Positions 54,469 through 63,963 of a DNA stretch of 64,000 nucleotides are shown here, one piece after another. The stretch's first letter is position 1. The number at the start of each line of letters is the position of its first letter. The position numbers and the translations under genes were made by a program. Origin of the DNA: Candidatus Aquidulcis sp. (GTDB lineage: Bacteria > Chloroflexota > Anaerolineae > UBA4142); NCBI GenBank assembly GCA_020723345.1, contig DYJA01000011.1:43349-107348 (forward strand), given 5' to 3'. A model generated the notes under the pieces. The model worked only from the letters and a program-made list of their open reading frames with translations, was not told the origin of the DNA and searched no databases.

Positions 54469-55479
54469 ATGTCAGATCAAGAAAATGAACAAACCCAGAA
54501 TGGGACTCCAACTCCAGATAACCCTTTGCATTCCGCCAGACCTTCAGCCAGGCGGAGGGATGGGTTTCTGCAGTACACCGCCAATCGTTTGAATGGTTTG
54601 GAAAAAGAGTTGGAAGAGAAATTGCGTCAACTGGATGAGTCAGAGAGCGATCTCTACAAATACGCACAACGACGCTTCCGTTTCATGTTGTTATTATGGA
54701 CATTCCTGTTCCTCCTCCTCGCCGGTTTGGCTCTCCTGGGTTGGACCCTCATCGGACCTTCAATGCTGGAAGTAGTAGCATTGCGCGCTACGGTGGCTGA
54801 TTTGCAGGCTAAAATGGAGGCGGTGCCAATCAGTAGGAACACACCGATGGCAGAGCCAACGCGGATGCCTACGCTGACTATTGCGCCAATATCAGCGCCA
54901 ACTCGGACGCCGGTGCTAACTATTACACCAACGCCAACGGCAACGACTATCCCTACAAATACTCCGACCCCCTCACCAACAACTGTAGCGGTAATTGCTG
55001 GGAAAAAGTACAAGTTGACCAAGCCCGACAACTTGATGGTTTCGGCAAGTGAGGATCCCAAACAGATCATCATCTTCCAAATTCCCATAACGGCGACACT
55101 ACAAACCGTTGAGGGGTCCAAAGGCAATTATGCCCAAGTGACATTAGAGGTATGGGTAGTCAAGGCAATTATTGGTCCTGGTGCTAAGACACCTGACGAT
55201 CCAGAGGCTAAACACAGTTGCAAACTTGTCATGGCGAAGCCTGACTATATTTCTGTAGAAGCAAGATTCGACGTAGATTCACCGTCATCCGTGCCCAATT
55301 GGTTACCTGGCGATCCGAAAGAACGCGAAGAGGCGAAAAACAAAGTGTCGCCTCGACTTGAGCCGGGCGCATTTTCGCTTGATTATCCTTGCACGAAGGG
55401 GGACTACCCCCAAGGCGATTGGGCAAAGATCCGAATCACTGGTTGGGTAAAGATCAGGAATCTTGAGGAGATTAAATGA
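54469..55479 (+). CDS. Single-pass membrane protein: cytoplasmic coiled coil, TM helix, Pro/Thr-rich linker, extracytoplasmic domain
   Basis: SD GTAGGAGA. TM helix FMLLLWTFLFLLLAGLALLGW. PT-rich ..PTLTIAPISAPTRTPVLTITPTPTATTIPTNTPTPSPT.. Confidence 0.6.
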   Translation: MSDQENEQTQNGTPTPDNPLHSARPSARRRDGFLQYTANRLNGLEKELEEKLRQLDESESDLYKYAQRRFRFMLLLWTFLFLLLAGLALLGWTLIGPSMLEVVALRATVADLQAKMEAVPISRNTPMAEPTRMPTLTIAPISAPTRTPVLTITPTPTATTIPTNTPTPSPTTVAVIAGKKYKLTKPDNLMVSASEDPKQIIIFQIPITATLQTVEGSKGNYAQVTLEVWVVKAIIGPGAKTPDDPEAKHSCKLVMAKPDYISVEARFDVDSPSSVPNWLPGDPKEREEAKNKVSPRLEPGAFSLDYPCTKGDYPQGDWAKIRITGWVKIRNLEEIK

Positions 55480-55671
55480 CTGCCGAGTCCTTGAAAATTG
55501 ATCGCACTTTACTCAGGGCGTGGAATGAATGAAACGCTGCGTTCTGCACCCTTTGCCGTAACTCCACAATACTTTTCCCCGCTATCTCACACGCGCTACG
55601 CCAGATCGGGGTGAATACTCCAACGAATCATCACAATTTGCAAGGTGTCATCATGGTCAAAGGATTTCGTA

Positions 55672-57585
55672 ATGAAGATCTTCGTCAGCTCTACCTTCGA
55701 TGATCTAGAACCGTATCGCCGAAGCGTGCTTTCGGTTATTGATACGCTACGCGCCAATGGCCACAATATCCAATGGCTGGGTATGGAATCTCTTAGCGCG
55801 GCTGATAGGCCATCCCTTGACGAATGTCTTGCAAAGGTTGGTGAAGCAGATCTCTATTTGGGTTTCCTTGGTATGCGCTATGGTTCAAAACCTTCTGGCT
55901 CGGCGATCTCATATACTGAAGCCGAGTTCAGGCGTGCAACCAAACGCAGAATGCCTCGTCTACTATTTTTGATTGACGAGAGGAATGCCAATATCAAACC
56001 GATTCACTGCGAACATGATCCTGATTCACTGAGACAACTGAATGAGTTGAAGGAGGAGTTCAAGAGGATTCGCCAAATCTCTTTCTTTAGATCACCTGAG
56101 CATCTTGCCGAGCAAGTTCTGACTGCGCTTGACCGCTACTTGCCACGCAAATCATCCGCGCGCTCAAAATCAACTCGGCGAAGTAGGTTCACGACGGCGA
56201 AAAAGAAACAGATGCTGCAACAAGCAAGGGAGCGCGCCCAAATTGAAGAATTGACGAAGAATATCCGGCGTGAGCTGAAAAGTCCCAAAAGGGACTTGCG
56301 CGCAATCGTGGCTGACTTCCGCAGGTTAGATAAACTCAGTCCCGTAGGCGAATTGGCGGACGAGCGAGATCGCCTGGAGAAAATTTATCGCAAGCAACTT
56401 ACTGAACGCGGCGCTAAACTACAAAAGCAAATCCAAGATGCACTAGCCAATCTCAAGAAATCCGTTGACAACAGTGTATTGCCCAAAGAGGATTGGTCCG
56501 GTCAAACGAATACGGCGATCAACGAATTGCGCGCTTTGGGGCTTGCCGCCGCGGATCTGCCTGCTTGGAAAGAAACCTTGCGTCGCCTGGAACGCGAGGG
56601 GGAGGATCTCGCCAAGTATCTTGAAATCGCCCGCGAAATCCAGGAGTTTTGGGATCGCGCCAAGTCAACCGAAGAGCAAGGTGGCTTTGGCGAGTCGATT
56701 GTCCGAGATTATAAGGAAGCGTTCACCAAGATTCAAGGGCACTGCAAGGGCAGTATGATTGTTTCGCCAGCGCCAAAACGCCGGCTCGAAATTCTTGCTG
56801 TCCAAGCGGAACGTTTGCTCAACGAATCCGCAGACAAACACACTTTGACCTTGACCCGCGCGGCAGGGAATGAAGTCGTCACACAATTCAAAATGTTTCT
56901 CAAGTCGAACGAGAGCAATCCTGAAGAGCGGGTCACCTATTTTTTGACGCCAGACAAGAATGCCGGGTATGGTCTCCTGCCTTTCAAGTCAGCCGTTGAA
57001 GTGGCGCGCGAGCACGTCCGCCAATTTTGGAGCGACAAAGTCACCGAATACGTTGACCTTGCGCGTCACGTATTGTTAGACAATCACGATCCATACGGTG
57101 CGCAAGCTCAACTGGACAAGTGGCAAGATCTGGAGGGCCTGAACGATCCAGAGCTCGTTGCCGTAGGGTTAACGCTTTCGGGTGAACCACAAATCAAGAT
57201 CAAAAGACTGCAAGTCGAGATTGACGACAAGCGCAAAATTCGCCAAGATGCTGAGGGGTTCTACCAAAACGCGGTGATGGAAGGAGATTTGGAAAAGGCA
57301 TATTCCCTTGTGCGATTGGCGATCGAGACCGATCCTTACACACTCAGTATCGTATACACTCGAAGGACAATCCAAGATCGAATTCTAGTGCAAGCCGAGA
57401 AACTCAACGGGCGCGCAGAGAATTGGTTGCAGGAGAAGGATTGGGCAAACGCTCAGGAAGCAATAACCCAAGCCGCGCGCTTGATCGCGCTTGATCCCGA
57501 ACTGCATGCCGATCTGCTGGCTGACCGTATTGCGGAAACACAGCGGAGCATTCGTACATATCAGAGACATAATCAAGCGATTTGA
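55672..57585 (+). CDS. DUF4062-type N-terminal domain fused to a helical body paralogous to 26146-28620
   Basis: MKIFVSSTFDDLEPYRRSVLSVIDTLRANGHNIQWLGMESLSA..CL..VGEADLYLGFLGMRYGS matches the DUF4062 pattern as I recall it. The remainder aligns with the 26146 protein. Confidence 0.75.
   Translation: MKIFVSSTFDDLEPYRRSVLSVIDTLRANGHNIQWLGMESLSAADRPSLDECLAKVGEADLYLGFLGMRYGSKPSGSAISYTEAEFRRATKRRMPRLLFLIDERNANIKPIHCEHDPDSLRQLNELKEEFKRIRQISFFRSPEHLAEQVLTALDRYLPRKSSARSKSTRRSRFTTAKKKQMLQQARERAQIEELTKNIRRELKSPKRDLRAIVADFRRLDKLSPVGELADERDRLEKIYRKQLTERGAKLQKQIQDALANLKKSVDNSVLPKEDWSGQTNTAINELRALGLAAADLPAWKETLRRLEREGEDLAKYLEIAREIQEFWDRAKSTEEQGGFGESIVRDYKEAFTKIQGHCKGSMIVSPAPKRRLEILAVQAERLLNESADKHTLTLTRAAGNEVVTQFKMFLKSNESNPEERVTYFLTPDKNAGYGLLPFKSAVEVAREHVRQFWSDKVTEYVDLARHVLLDNHDPYGAQAQLDKWQDLEGLNDPELVAVGLTLSGEPQIKIKRLQVEIDDKRKIRQDAEGFYQNAVMEGDLEKAYSLVRLAIETDPYTLSIVYTRRTIQDRILVQAEKLNGRAENWLQEKDWANAQEAITQAARLIALDPELHADLLADRIAETQRSIRTYQRHNQAI
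56364..57560 (+). repeat. Right copy of the dispersed ~1.2-kb paralogous segment (partner 26299-27500)
   Basis: See the left copy. The two copies are about 30.06 kb apart in the same orientation. Confidence 0.8.
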
Positions 57586-57729
57586 TGTTGCGGAAGTTGA
57601 ACTTGCTGCGTGTTATGCAGGAAATTGTAATCACAGGTTGGCACTTTCTATTGCTTTTGTATCATCATAGACAAGCGTGAACTAAAATCCCGGTCTCGTG
57701 ACAGTCTGGTGTACGAATTGGGGAAAGCT

Positions 57730-58377
57730 ATGACATCTATTCGTTCTTGGACCTTGTTTCTCCTGGCGATTTGCATCACTGCGCTGGTGTCCGGATGTAG
57801 CGCTAATGCAACCCCACCCTATCTTGCAGCAGATTTGACGCGCGCTGCCGCAACGCGCGTCGTTACTCCGTTATCCACGCGCACACTGCAAGTGCCTACG
57901 TCCGATGTTACCTCCTCACCTCCATCTACCGCCTCTCCTGTATCAAGCCGGGTACCTTCACCGACTGTAGCCACACCCAATACATCCCCAACGCCGGAAC
58001 TGCTCAAATTGCCTCCTCCACTCGCGACTGTTCCCTTTCCTTCCGAAGCGATTGCCTACTCTTCAGACTGGCATCCTGATCTGCGTTATCCAAATCAGTT
58101 TATCCTTGTTGGGGCAACTTCGGGAGTGTCACCGCAGGGTACCAAGGGTTTTGCAGCCAAACTCCTGTACCAGGGTGATCCGAGGAGCGCCGCTGATCTG
58201 CTTTCTACCTTTTTTACCTCGAAAGGATGGCAGATGGTCGAGCGGACTGAACTGGATTCCAAAGGATTTCTCCTTCTGTTCCAAAAGGACGGTAAACAAG
58301 GCACTGGCGCAATCGTCATTGACCCAGATACCCAGCGTCGTGGTTACGTCAAGATCGTCGCGACGGTCTTCCCGTAG
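57730..58377 (+). CDS. Lipoprotein, unknown function
   Basis: Lipobox LVSGC, then SANATPPYLAADLTRAAATRV and a Ser/Pro/Thr linker. Confidence 0.6.
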   Translation: MTSIRSWTLFLLAICITALVSGCSANATPPYLAADLTRAAATRVVTPLSTRTLQVPTSDVTSSPPSTASPVSSRVPSPTVATPNTSPTPELLKLPPPLATVPFPSEAIAYSSDWHPDLRYPNQFILVGATSGVSPQGTKGFAAKLLYQGDPRSAADLLSTFFTSKGWQMVERTELDSKGFLLLFQKDGKQGTGAIVIDPDTQRRGYVKIVATVFP

Positions 58378-58401
58378 AGTTTTGTGACACGCGAGGTAAC
58401 A

Positions 58402-60024
58402 ATGATCTCTTTTCATCTGCTCAAACTCTATCGCATGGTCTTCTTCGCCATCGGCATCTTTCTGGTGTCGAGTTCACCCCTCCCCACTCGCGCCCAATCC
58501 CCTTGTTTGACCTGGCAAATTGCCGTCAATCCGCAGGATTCCAGAGTCAACGCGACTCTTGTTAATACAGGCTCGGGTATGAATTGTCTTGGGTCTGCGC
58601 GCTTTTCGAACGGCACTGGATTACCGCTAATTGGCGGTGGCTATTCTCTTGAATTGCAGGCCCACAATATCCAGAACGCAAACCTGCAATGGATTCCCCT
58701 GGCTGATCTTATACCCTCTCTTGATATCCAACTCCACGTTTCACCTATTGTAGTATCCGCCCCCGCTCAAGTCCTCATACAGGGAAAGATGACACTTCGA
58801 TCATGGATATGGGATGGTAGTCTCTTCTTGCTGAGAACTGCACTTGCGCTTGAGCCAATCGGAATGTCTTGTTGGATTCCAGAGGAACAACTTGTATACA
58901 CTGCGGTTAGAGTCTCCAGTATCGTGGGGGCAACTACTAGTCTCGCCGCCAACGGAGACTGGATTGGCGCAAGACGAGAGTTCTCCCAGGTTGCAGATGA
59001 GTTCTACACTAGAGCTGGAGAAGTTCTGAGAGATGCCGGGGTAGGATGCGCCTTCGATGTTCTCGCAAAGAAAGCCAAAACACCTGTCAAAATCGCAAAA
59101 ATTTCACTTGCATTCCTAACCTGGATGCCTGTCGCCATCTTTGATTATTTTTATTATCAAGGGCGTCCTGTTGAAATTGAGCTCGAGTACTACAGCCCAA
59201 TTCCCCCACCTCCGCAAACATCTGTCGAATTTGCTTTCACAGCCGCGATGGGTAACGATATGTATAAAATTTATGGACTGCGACGAGCGAATAAGGGTGA
59301 GATTCCGTTTATGGTGACACCGATGAACGCGTGGCACCCGGCTTTATCGAAAGACGGCAAATGGGTTGCCTTTGAATCTTCCGTCAACAATGAAACTCAA
59401 ATCTTCTTGATGGATGCCGACGGCAACAACATTCGACAATTGACCTCTGGGAGCACTCCCTCATTCCAACCCGCATTTTCCCCAGATGGACAACGGATCG
59501 TCTTTGCGTCAGAGCGCGATGGTGGCACTCAGATTTTCGTGATGAATATCAATGGATCCAAACAACGTAAACTCGCCGCGATGCCCAGCGCAAATTTTGC
59601 GCCCGAGTATTCACTTTCCGCTAATTATATCACCTTCGCGTCGTACCGCGATGGCGGCGAAGCAGAAATCTATATCATGAATGCGGATGGCGCAAATCAG
59701 CGACGCTTGACCAACAACTCGGTAGAAGATGAAAAACCGTGCTTTATGCCGGGCGACCAGATCATCTATCATTCCAAACGGAGTGGTCATTACGAGGTCT
59801 ATTCAATGAATCGCGACGGCAGTACTGTGCAACAATTGACGCGTCATCCCGATAGTAAAGATAATTTCCAACCTGCCTGTTCCACCAGTCGCCTGATTGC
59901 TTATGGGCACATCGAAGGAACGATGCCGCACATTGTGATCCGCGATCTCGGCACCGGTGCTGAGTGGACTGTTCCAGCGATTGTTGGCGCGCAGGGCGAG
60001 CTCGGTCCGGCGTGGCGACGATGA
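58402..60024 (+). CDS. Secreted protein with C-terminal TolB-like PD40 beta-propeller
   Basis: SD GAGGT then ATG 58402. Signal/TM. SKDGKWVAFES, FSPDGQRIVFASERDGGTQIF, YITFASYRDGGEAEIY repeats. Confidence 0.7.
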   Translation: MISFHLLKLYRMVFFAIGIFLVSSSPLPTRAQSPCLTWQIAVNPQDSRVNATLVNTGSGMNCLGSARFSNGTGLPLIGGGYSLELQAHNIQNANLQWIPLADLIPSLDIQLHVSPIVVSAPAQVLIQGKMTLRSWIWDGSLFLLRTALALEPIGMSCWIPEEQLVYTAVRVSSIVGATTSLAANGDWIGARREFSQVADEFYTRAGEVLRDAGVGCAFDVLAKKAKTPVKIAKISLAFLTWMPVAIFDYFYYQGRPVEIELEYYSPIPPPPQTSVEFAFTAAMGNDMYKIYGLRRANKGEIPFMVTPMNAWHPALSKDGKWVAFESSVNNETQIFLMDADGNNIRQLTSGSTPSFQPAFSPDGQRIVFASERDGGTQIFVMNINGSKQRKLAAMPSANFAPEYSLSANYITFASYRDGGEAEIYIMNADGANQRRLTNNSVEDEKPCFMPGDQIIYHSKRSGHYEVYSMNRDGSTVQQLTRHPDSKDNFQPACSTSRLIAYGHIEGTMPHIVIRDLGTGAEWTVPAIVGAQGELGPAWRR

Positions 60025-60153
60025 AATTGGAATGTCAGTTGTCTGTCAGAGCGTTTTGAGCTGGGCGAGCAAGGCGGAGTGACACCCCGCGCGACGCTGG
60101 GGGGACAAACCCTGTCTTGCCAATAGCGCAATCCCGTAGGGGTTGGGAGAGCC

Positions 60154-60918
60154 ATGAGTCACGTCTACCGATTGAGTTTGTTTGTTCTTATAACCTGCAT
60201 CGTCGCGCTCGTGATGGGTTGCAATGCCAACGCAACGCCGATGCGCTCTTCTGCGCCTTTCGCCATTACGCCTCCCTATCTTGCCGCTGACTTGACGCGG
60301 ATAGCCATAACGCGCGCTACTGCCCCGATAGCGACGAGTACTCCGCAGGTATTCGTGGCTGGTGTTACTTCGCTACCCATGCCGCCGATCACTCCAATCT
60401 TATCAGGCACTGTGACACCCGTGTTGCCTATCCGTTGGCTCACGCCCCAAACGACACCTGCCCCAAGCATCACGAGCATTCCACTTAACACGATTGAGTG
60501 GGCGAATTATACCAATGTGTCCGGCAATTACACTTTGCGCTATCCGGCAACATGGTCGGGTGTGGACATTGGCGCGGATGCCGGCTTTGAAACGCCGGAA
60601 GATTTCTCAATCGAAATTACAGTCGATCGCGCCACACCGGGCATGTCTGCCATTGACTATGCGCGCGATCCCGACTGGTTGGGATCGTCCCAAGTACTGT
60701 CTTCCACATCAACGCAGATCGGCGGGGAGAAGGCGATACGCCTCCAGATCGCAGAGCGGGGCAACAAACAAATGTCTGCGGTTCTTTACCTGGCCGTTCA
60801 CAACAACCAAGTATATCTATTTGCTCTGCGCGGCGTAACCGCGCGTTCGACCGAGGAACTCGCTACGATAGTGCGGTTGTTTGATGAACTGGTCAAATCA
60901 TTTCGATTTACACGGTGA
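60154..60918 (+). CDS. Lipoprotein sharing an N-terminal module with 57730-58377
   Basis: Lipobox LVMGC, then NANATP...PPYLAADLTRIAITRA. Confidence 0.6.
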   Translation: MSHVYRLSLFVLITCIVALVMGCNANATPMRSSAPFAITPPYLAADLTRIAITRATAPIATSTPQVFVAGVTSLPMPPITPILSGTVTPVLPIRWLTPQTTPAPSITSIPLNTIEWANYTNVSGNYTLRYPATWSGVDIGADAGFETPEDFSIEITVDRATPGMSAIDYARDPDWLGSSQVLSSTSTQIGGEKAIRLQIAERGNKQMSAVLYLAVHNNQVYLFALRGVTARSTEELATIVRLFDELVKSFRFTR

Positions 60919-60939
60919 GAAAACGTGGTGAGAAAACGT
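60914..60939 (+). repeat. 13-bp tandem duplication GGTGAGAAAACGT x2
   Basis: Read directly. It spans the stop of the lipoprotein gene and the leader of the M23 gene. Confidence 0.8.
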
Positions 60940-60942
60940 GTG

Positions 60943-63453
60943 ATGAAAATACGCAATGCAATTTTCGGATTGTTCGTCCTTGCCAGCGTTTTGTCATTTC
61001 ACCCGGCGCGCGTTCCGGCAGCAATTGATTTGACTGGTTGGCGGTTCCCTTTGCCGCGCGGCAGTTGGTGGATCTATCAAGGACCCAAGGAATCGCTCCA
61101 CGATTGCAGTCATCCAGGGGATAGAACACATTGTGGAACTTGGTGGGAAGATGTTTGCGCCGTGGATATTTGGTCACCCGAAGAGACCCAAACCCCAATT
61201 CTGGCTCCAGCAGATGGCAAGGTGATTTTTGCTCAGATGCGTTCGGATACTGCAGGACGCACCGTCAAGATTAGGCATGATAACGACGTCATTTCAACCT
61301 ATTTCCACATGGATCAAATTGCGGTTGCAAAAGATGATGAGGTCAAAGCCGGCGACAAACTGGGGTATATGGGCAAGAGCGGTAACCCCGCGTTCAGCGT
61401 GCATTTGCATTTTGTTTTATTGAAAGGGGATGGTAGTTCCAGTTGTGAAAGTATACGCGGCTTGGATGGGTATTATCCACCTGCACCCGACGCAAAAAAT
61501 CCCAGCGCGTGGAGTTATGCAACTTCGACGAACAAACCTATCGAAGCGGTAGATCGCAGTGATGCGCGGACAGTCGAACGGATTGTCAATCCGCCAGCCT
61601 ACCGCTGGCCTGGTGATGGTGAGCGTTTTCGCGATGTATCGGAAGTCTTGCTCAAGTGGACTCCTTCCGCCTATGCCTCGCAATATCAAGTGGAATATCA
61701 ATCAGATGCGGGCGGGACAAAGACTAGCGCGTGGATCAATGACTTGCAATACACGGTCAATCCAGTGTCGCTAGCCCGGTTCACCTGGCGTGTGTGCGCG
61801 CGCAATGCGAGCGGGCGGGAAAGCGACTGGAGCCCCCAGATGTCATTCTTTGTTGAGGGCACGCCGCCGGCACCGGCTCAACCAGCCAAACCCACGTTAC
61901 GCGATCCGCGCGACGGTAGTACTGCCTCGTCGAGCGATGACGTGACCATTTCATGGAATCCGGCGCAGAACGCGATGGAATACAAAGTCGAAACTTGGGG
62001 CAACACAGTGCGCGGCTGCGATTGGCAGAATGGTACGTCTTGCCGCATCGGGCAACTGCCGGCAGGTATCGTGCGCTGGCACGTTAAAGCGCGCAACGCG
62101 AGCGGCGAAAGCGATTGGAGCGATGGATGGTCTCTCACGATTCAAGACACGCCGCGTATCATCACAATCACGCCAACATGGACGCGCGCTCCGACCGCGA
62201 CGTCAACATTAACGCCGGCCGCGTCTTCAGATCGCGATCTGCAAATCGTTGGCGGGCTCTCTCTCTCAAATATCTCTCCGCGCGTGGGGGATAGCGTGAC
62301 GGCATCGTTTCGCATTCGTAACGCGAGCAGTCGCACGATCATCATTCGCCAGTTGGACGCCGGCGCGCGGGGACCGAACGCGCGTAATTTGAACTGGAAC
62401 GCGCCCGAGGTGGATTTCCCGGCGGTGTTCGCGCTCACTTTGCAACCCGGTCAGGAACTCGATTATCGCCAGAGCCGGACTTTTGACGCACCGGGCGATT
62501 ATTTTGCCGAGCCGGTGTGGATGGATATCTTTGGCGCGTGGGCAGGCGCGTGGCCCTATCCGCGCGTCTGGTTCAACGTCGCGCCGCGTCAAATCACGCT
62601 GACGCCTACGCCGACGCGTACACCGACGATCCCGTCTTCACCGGGACGCTTGGTAATCATTGGGGGATTGAGCGTGTCGAACACGAATCCGCAAGCGAAT
62701 CAGGACGTCAACGCGCGGTATCGTGTCCGCAACGATGGCGGTTCGCCAATCACCGCGCGTTATCTCGGCGTGAAGGGGCGCCATGCCAGCACCAACTCGA
62801 CATATGACTTTTTCTGGCTTGAGAATTTGACGTTGCAACCTGGGCAAGAATACACCTACGACGCGAATCGCGGGTTTGATCGCATCGGCAGTTACTCCCT
62901 CACGCCCAATTATTCTGATGGAGCGAATTGGTACGACATCAAGTTCGCCAACGGCAGCAGCAACTATGTGACGATCAATGTCAGCGCATCCCAACCGCCC
63001 ACTCTCACGCCAACGCGTCCGGGACCCACTGGCAACCTTGCCCCGCGCGCACGGCGCGAGCCGGATGGCATCAATTCGGGCAACGCATTCGATGGCAATT
63101 TGTCTACCTTCTGGACGAACGGACTGGGGCATCGTTTCAATCTGCGATTGACTTTGCAAGACGCAGCGACAATCAATCGTATCATCGTTTGGGATCGCCC
63201 GCAGAACTCGCCGGACAACAATCAAATCAACCAACTCATTGTTACGCTGAGCAATGGGATGAATAGACGATTTGATATGAACAGCGGAGGACCGCGCTGT
63301 ATTGATGTAACCCTCTCATCACCGCAAACAATTAGCTGGGTCAACCTCAAGGCGGACGATGCCTCTGGAAATAATGGCTTAAGTGAAGTTGAGATTTGGG
63401 CGGGCAGCAAAACGAGTGGGCCGAATTGTTCTAATAGGGGCAACCTGCCATGA
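60943..63453 (+). CDS. Secreted M23 peptidase with FN3-like and two CARDB-like repeats and a C-terminal F5/8 type C (discoidin) domain
   Basis: M23 motifs HPGD..., GKSGNPAFSVHLHF. Repeated LSxSNxxP...RxRN modules. C-terminus NAFDGNLSTFW...GLSEVEIWA. ATG 60943 is preferred over the track GTG at 60925. Confidence 0.85.
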   Translation: MKIRNAIFGLFVLASVLSFHPARVPAAIDLTGWRFPLPRGSWWIYQGPKESLHDCSHPGDRTHCGTWWEDVCAVDIWSPEETQTPILAPADGKVIFAQMRSDTAGRTVKIRHDNDVISTYFHMDQIAVAKDDEVKAGDKLGYMGKSGNPAFSVHLHFVLLKGDGSSSCESIRGLDGYYPPAPDAKNPSAWSYATSTNKPIEAVDRSDARTVERIVNPPAYRWPGDGERFRDVSEVLLKWTPSAYASQYQVEYQSDAGGTKTSAWINDLQYTVNPVSLARFTWRVCARNASGRESDWSPQMSFFVEGTPPAPAQPAKPTLRDPRDGSTASSSDDVTISWNPAQNAMEYKVETWGNTVRGCDWQNGTSCRIGQLPAGIVRWHVKARNASGESDWSDGWSLTIQDTPRIITITPTWTRAPTATSTLTPAASSDRDLQIVGGLSLSNISPRVGDSVTASFRIRNASSRTIIIRQLDAGARGPNARNLNWNAPEVDFPAVFALTLQPGQELDYRQSRTFDAPGDYFAEPVWMDIFGAWAGAWPYPRVWFNVAPRQITLTPTPTRTPTIPSSPGRLVIIGGLSVSNTNPQANQDVNARYRVRNDGGSPITARYLGVKGRHASTNSTYDFFWLENLTLQPGQEYTYDANRGFDRIGSYSLTPNYSDGANWYDIKFANGSSNYVTINVSASQPPTLTPTRPGPTGNLAPRARREPDGINSGNAFDGNLSTFWTNGLGHRFNLRLTLQDAATINRIIVWDRPQNSPDNNQINQLIVTLSNGMNRRFDMNSGGPRCIDVTLSSPQTISWVNLKADDASGNNGLSEVEIWAGSKTSGPNCSNRGNLP

Positions 63454-63810
63454 TTCATCGGCAATAGTGGCGGATGGAAAATGAACGGTTGTACTCTCCA
63501 ACCATTTGCCATATCTGTCCTTTGGGAGAATAGGCTTGGTCTGGTCGAGTCAAATCAGCCATTCAGTATTGGCACGTTTGGGATCGAACGCGTGGTTTTG
63601 CAGTGATCGTCGCCACAGCCGTTTTTCCAAGTGTCTTCCCGAAGATATTCGGGAAAGAATCTGTTTCACAAACTGCTACCATACCATTCCAACGTCGCTT
63701 TCTGCAGTTCTGCGTCGCGTTTCAGAATGAGTTCTTCTGGCAAGCACTACTCAAGCTCTTGAATCCCGGTTACACCGGCGCGTAGAGGTCAATCTCGAAA
63801 GGAGACGAGC

Positions 63811-63963
63811 ATGAGACTCGACAGAAATCTTGGCACCGTGATACTCGCGATTTGGCTCATCTTGATTGGGCTAACGGCATTTGTGCCCGCCCTGGGTGCA
63901 CTTGGCGCTTTTTCCCAAGTTCTTGCAATCATTGCGGGTATACTGCTTCTGCTTGGCAAGTAA
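63811..63963 (+). CDS. Small membrane protein (50 aa); below the ORF-track size cutoff
   Basis: SD AAAGGAGA then ATG 63811. MRLDRNLGTVILAIWLILIGLTAFVPALGALGAFSQVLAIIAGILLLLGK, then TAA at 63961-63963. Confidence 0.45.
   Translation: MRLDRNLGTVILAIWLILIGLTAFVPALGALGAFSQVLAIIAGILLLLGK

Noticed and set aside
63454-63810. Short ORFs on both strands downstream of the M23 gene (63506-63730, 63603-63785, 63222-63512)
   Set aside because: They have no SD and no recognisable motifs. Minus-strand fragments read as broken frames, possibly a decayed gene, but not one that can be supported.
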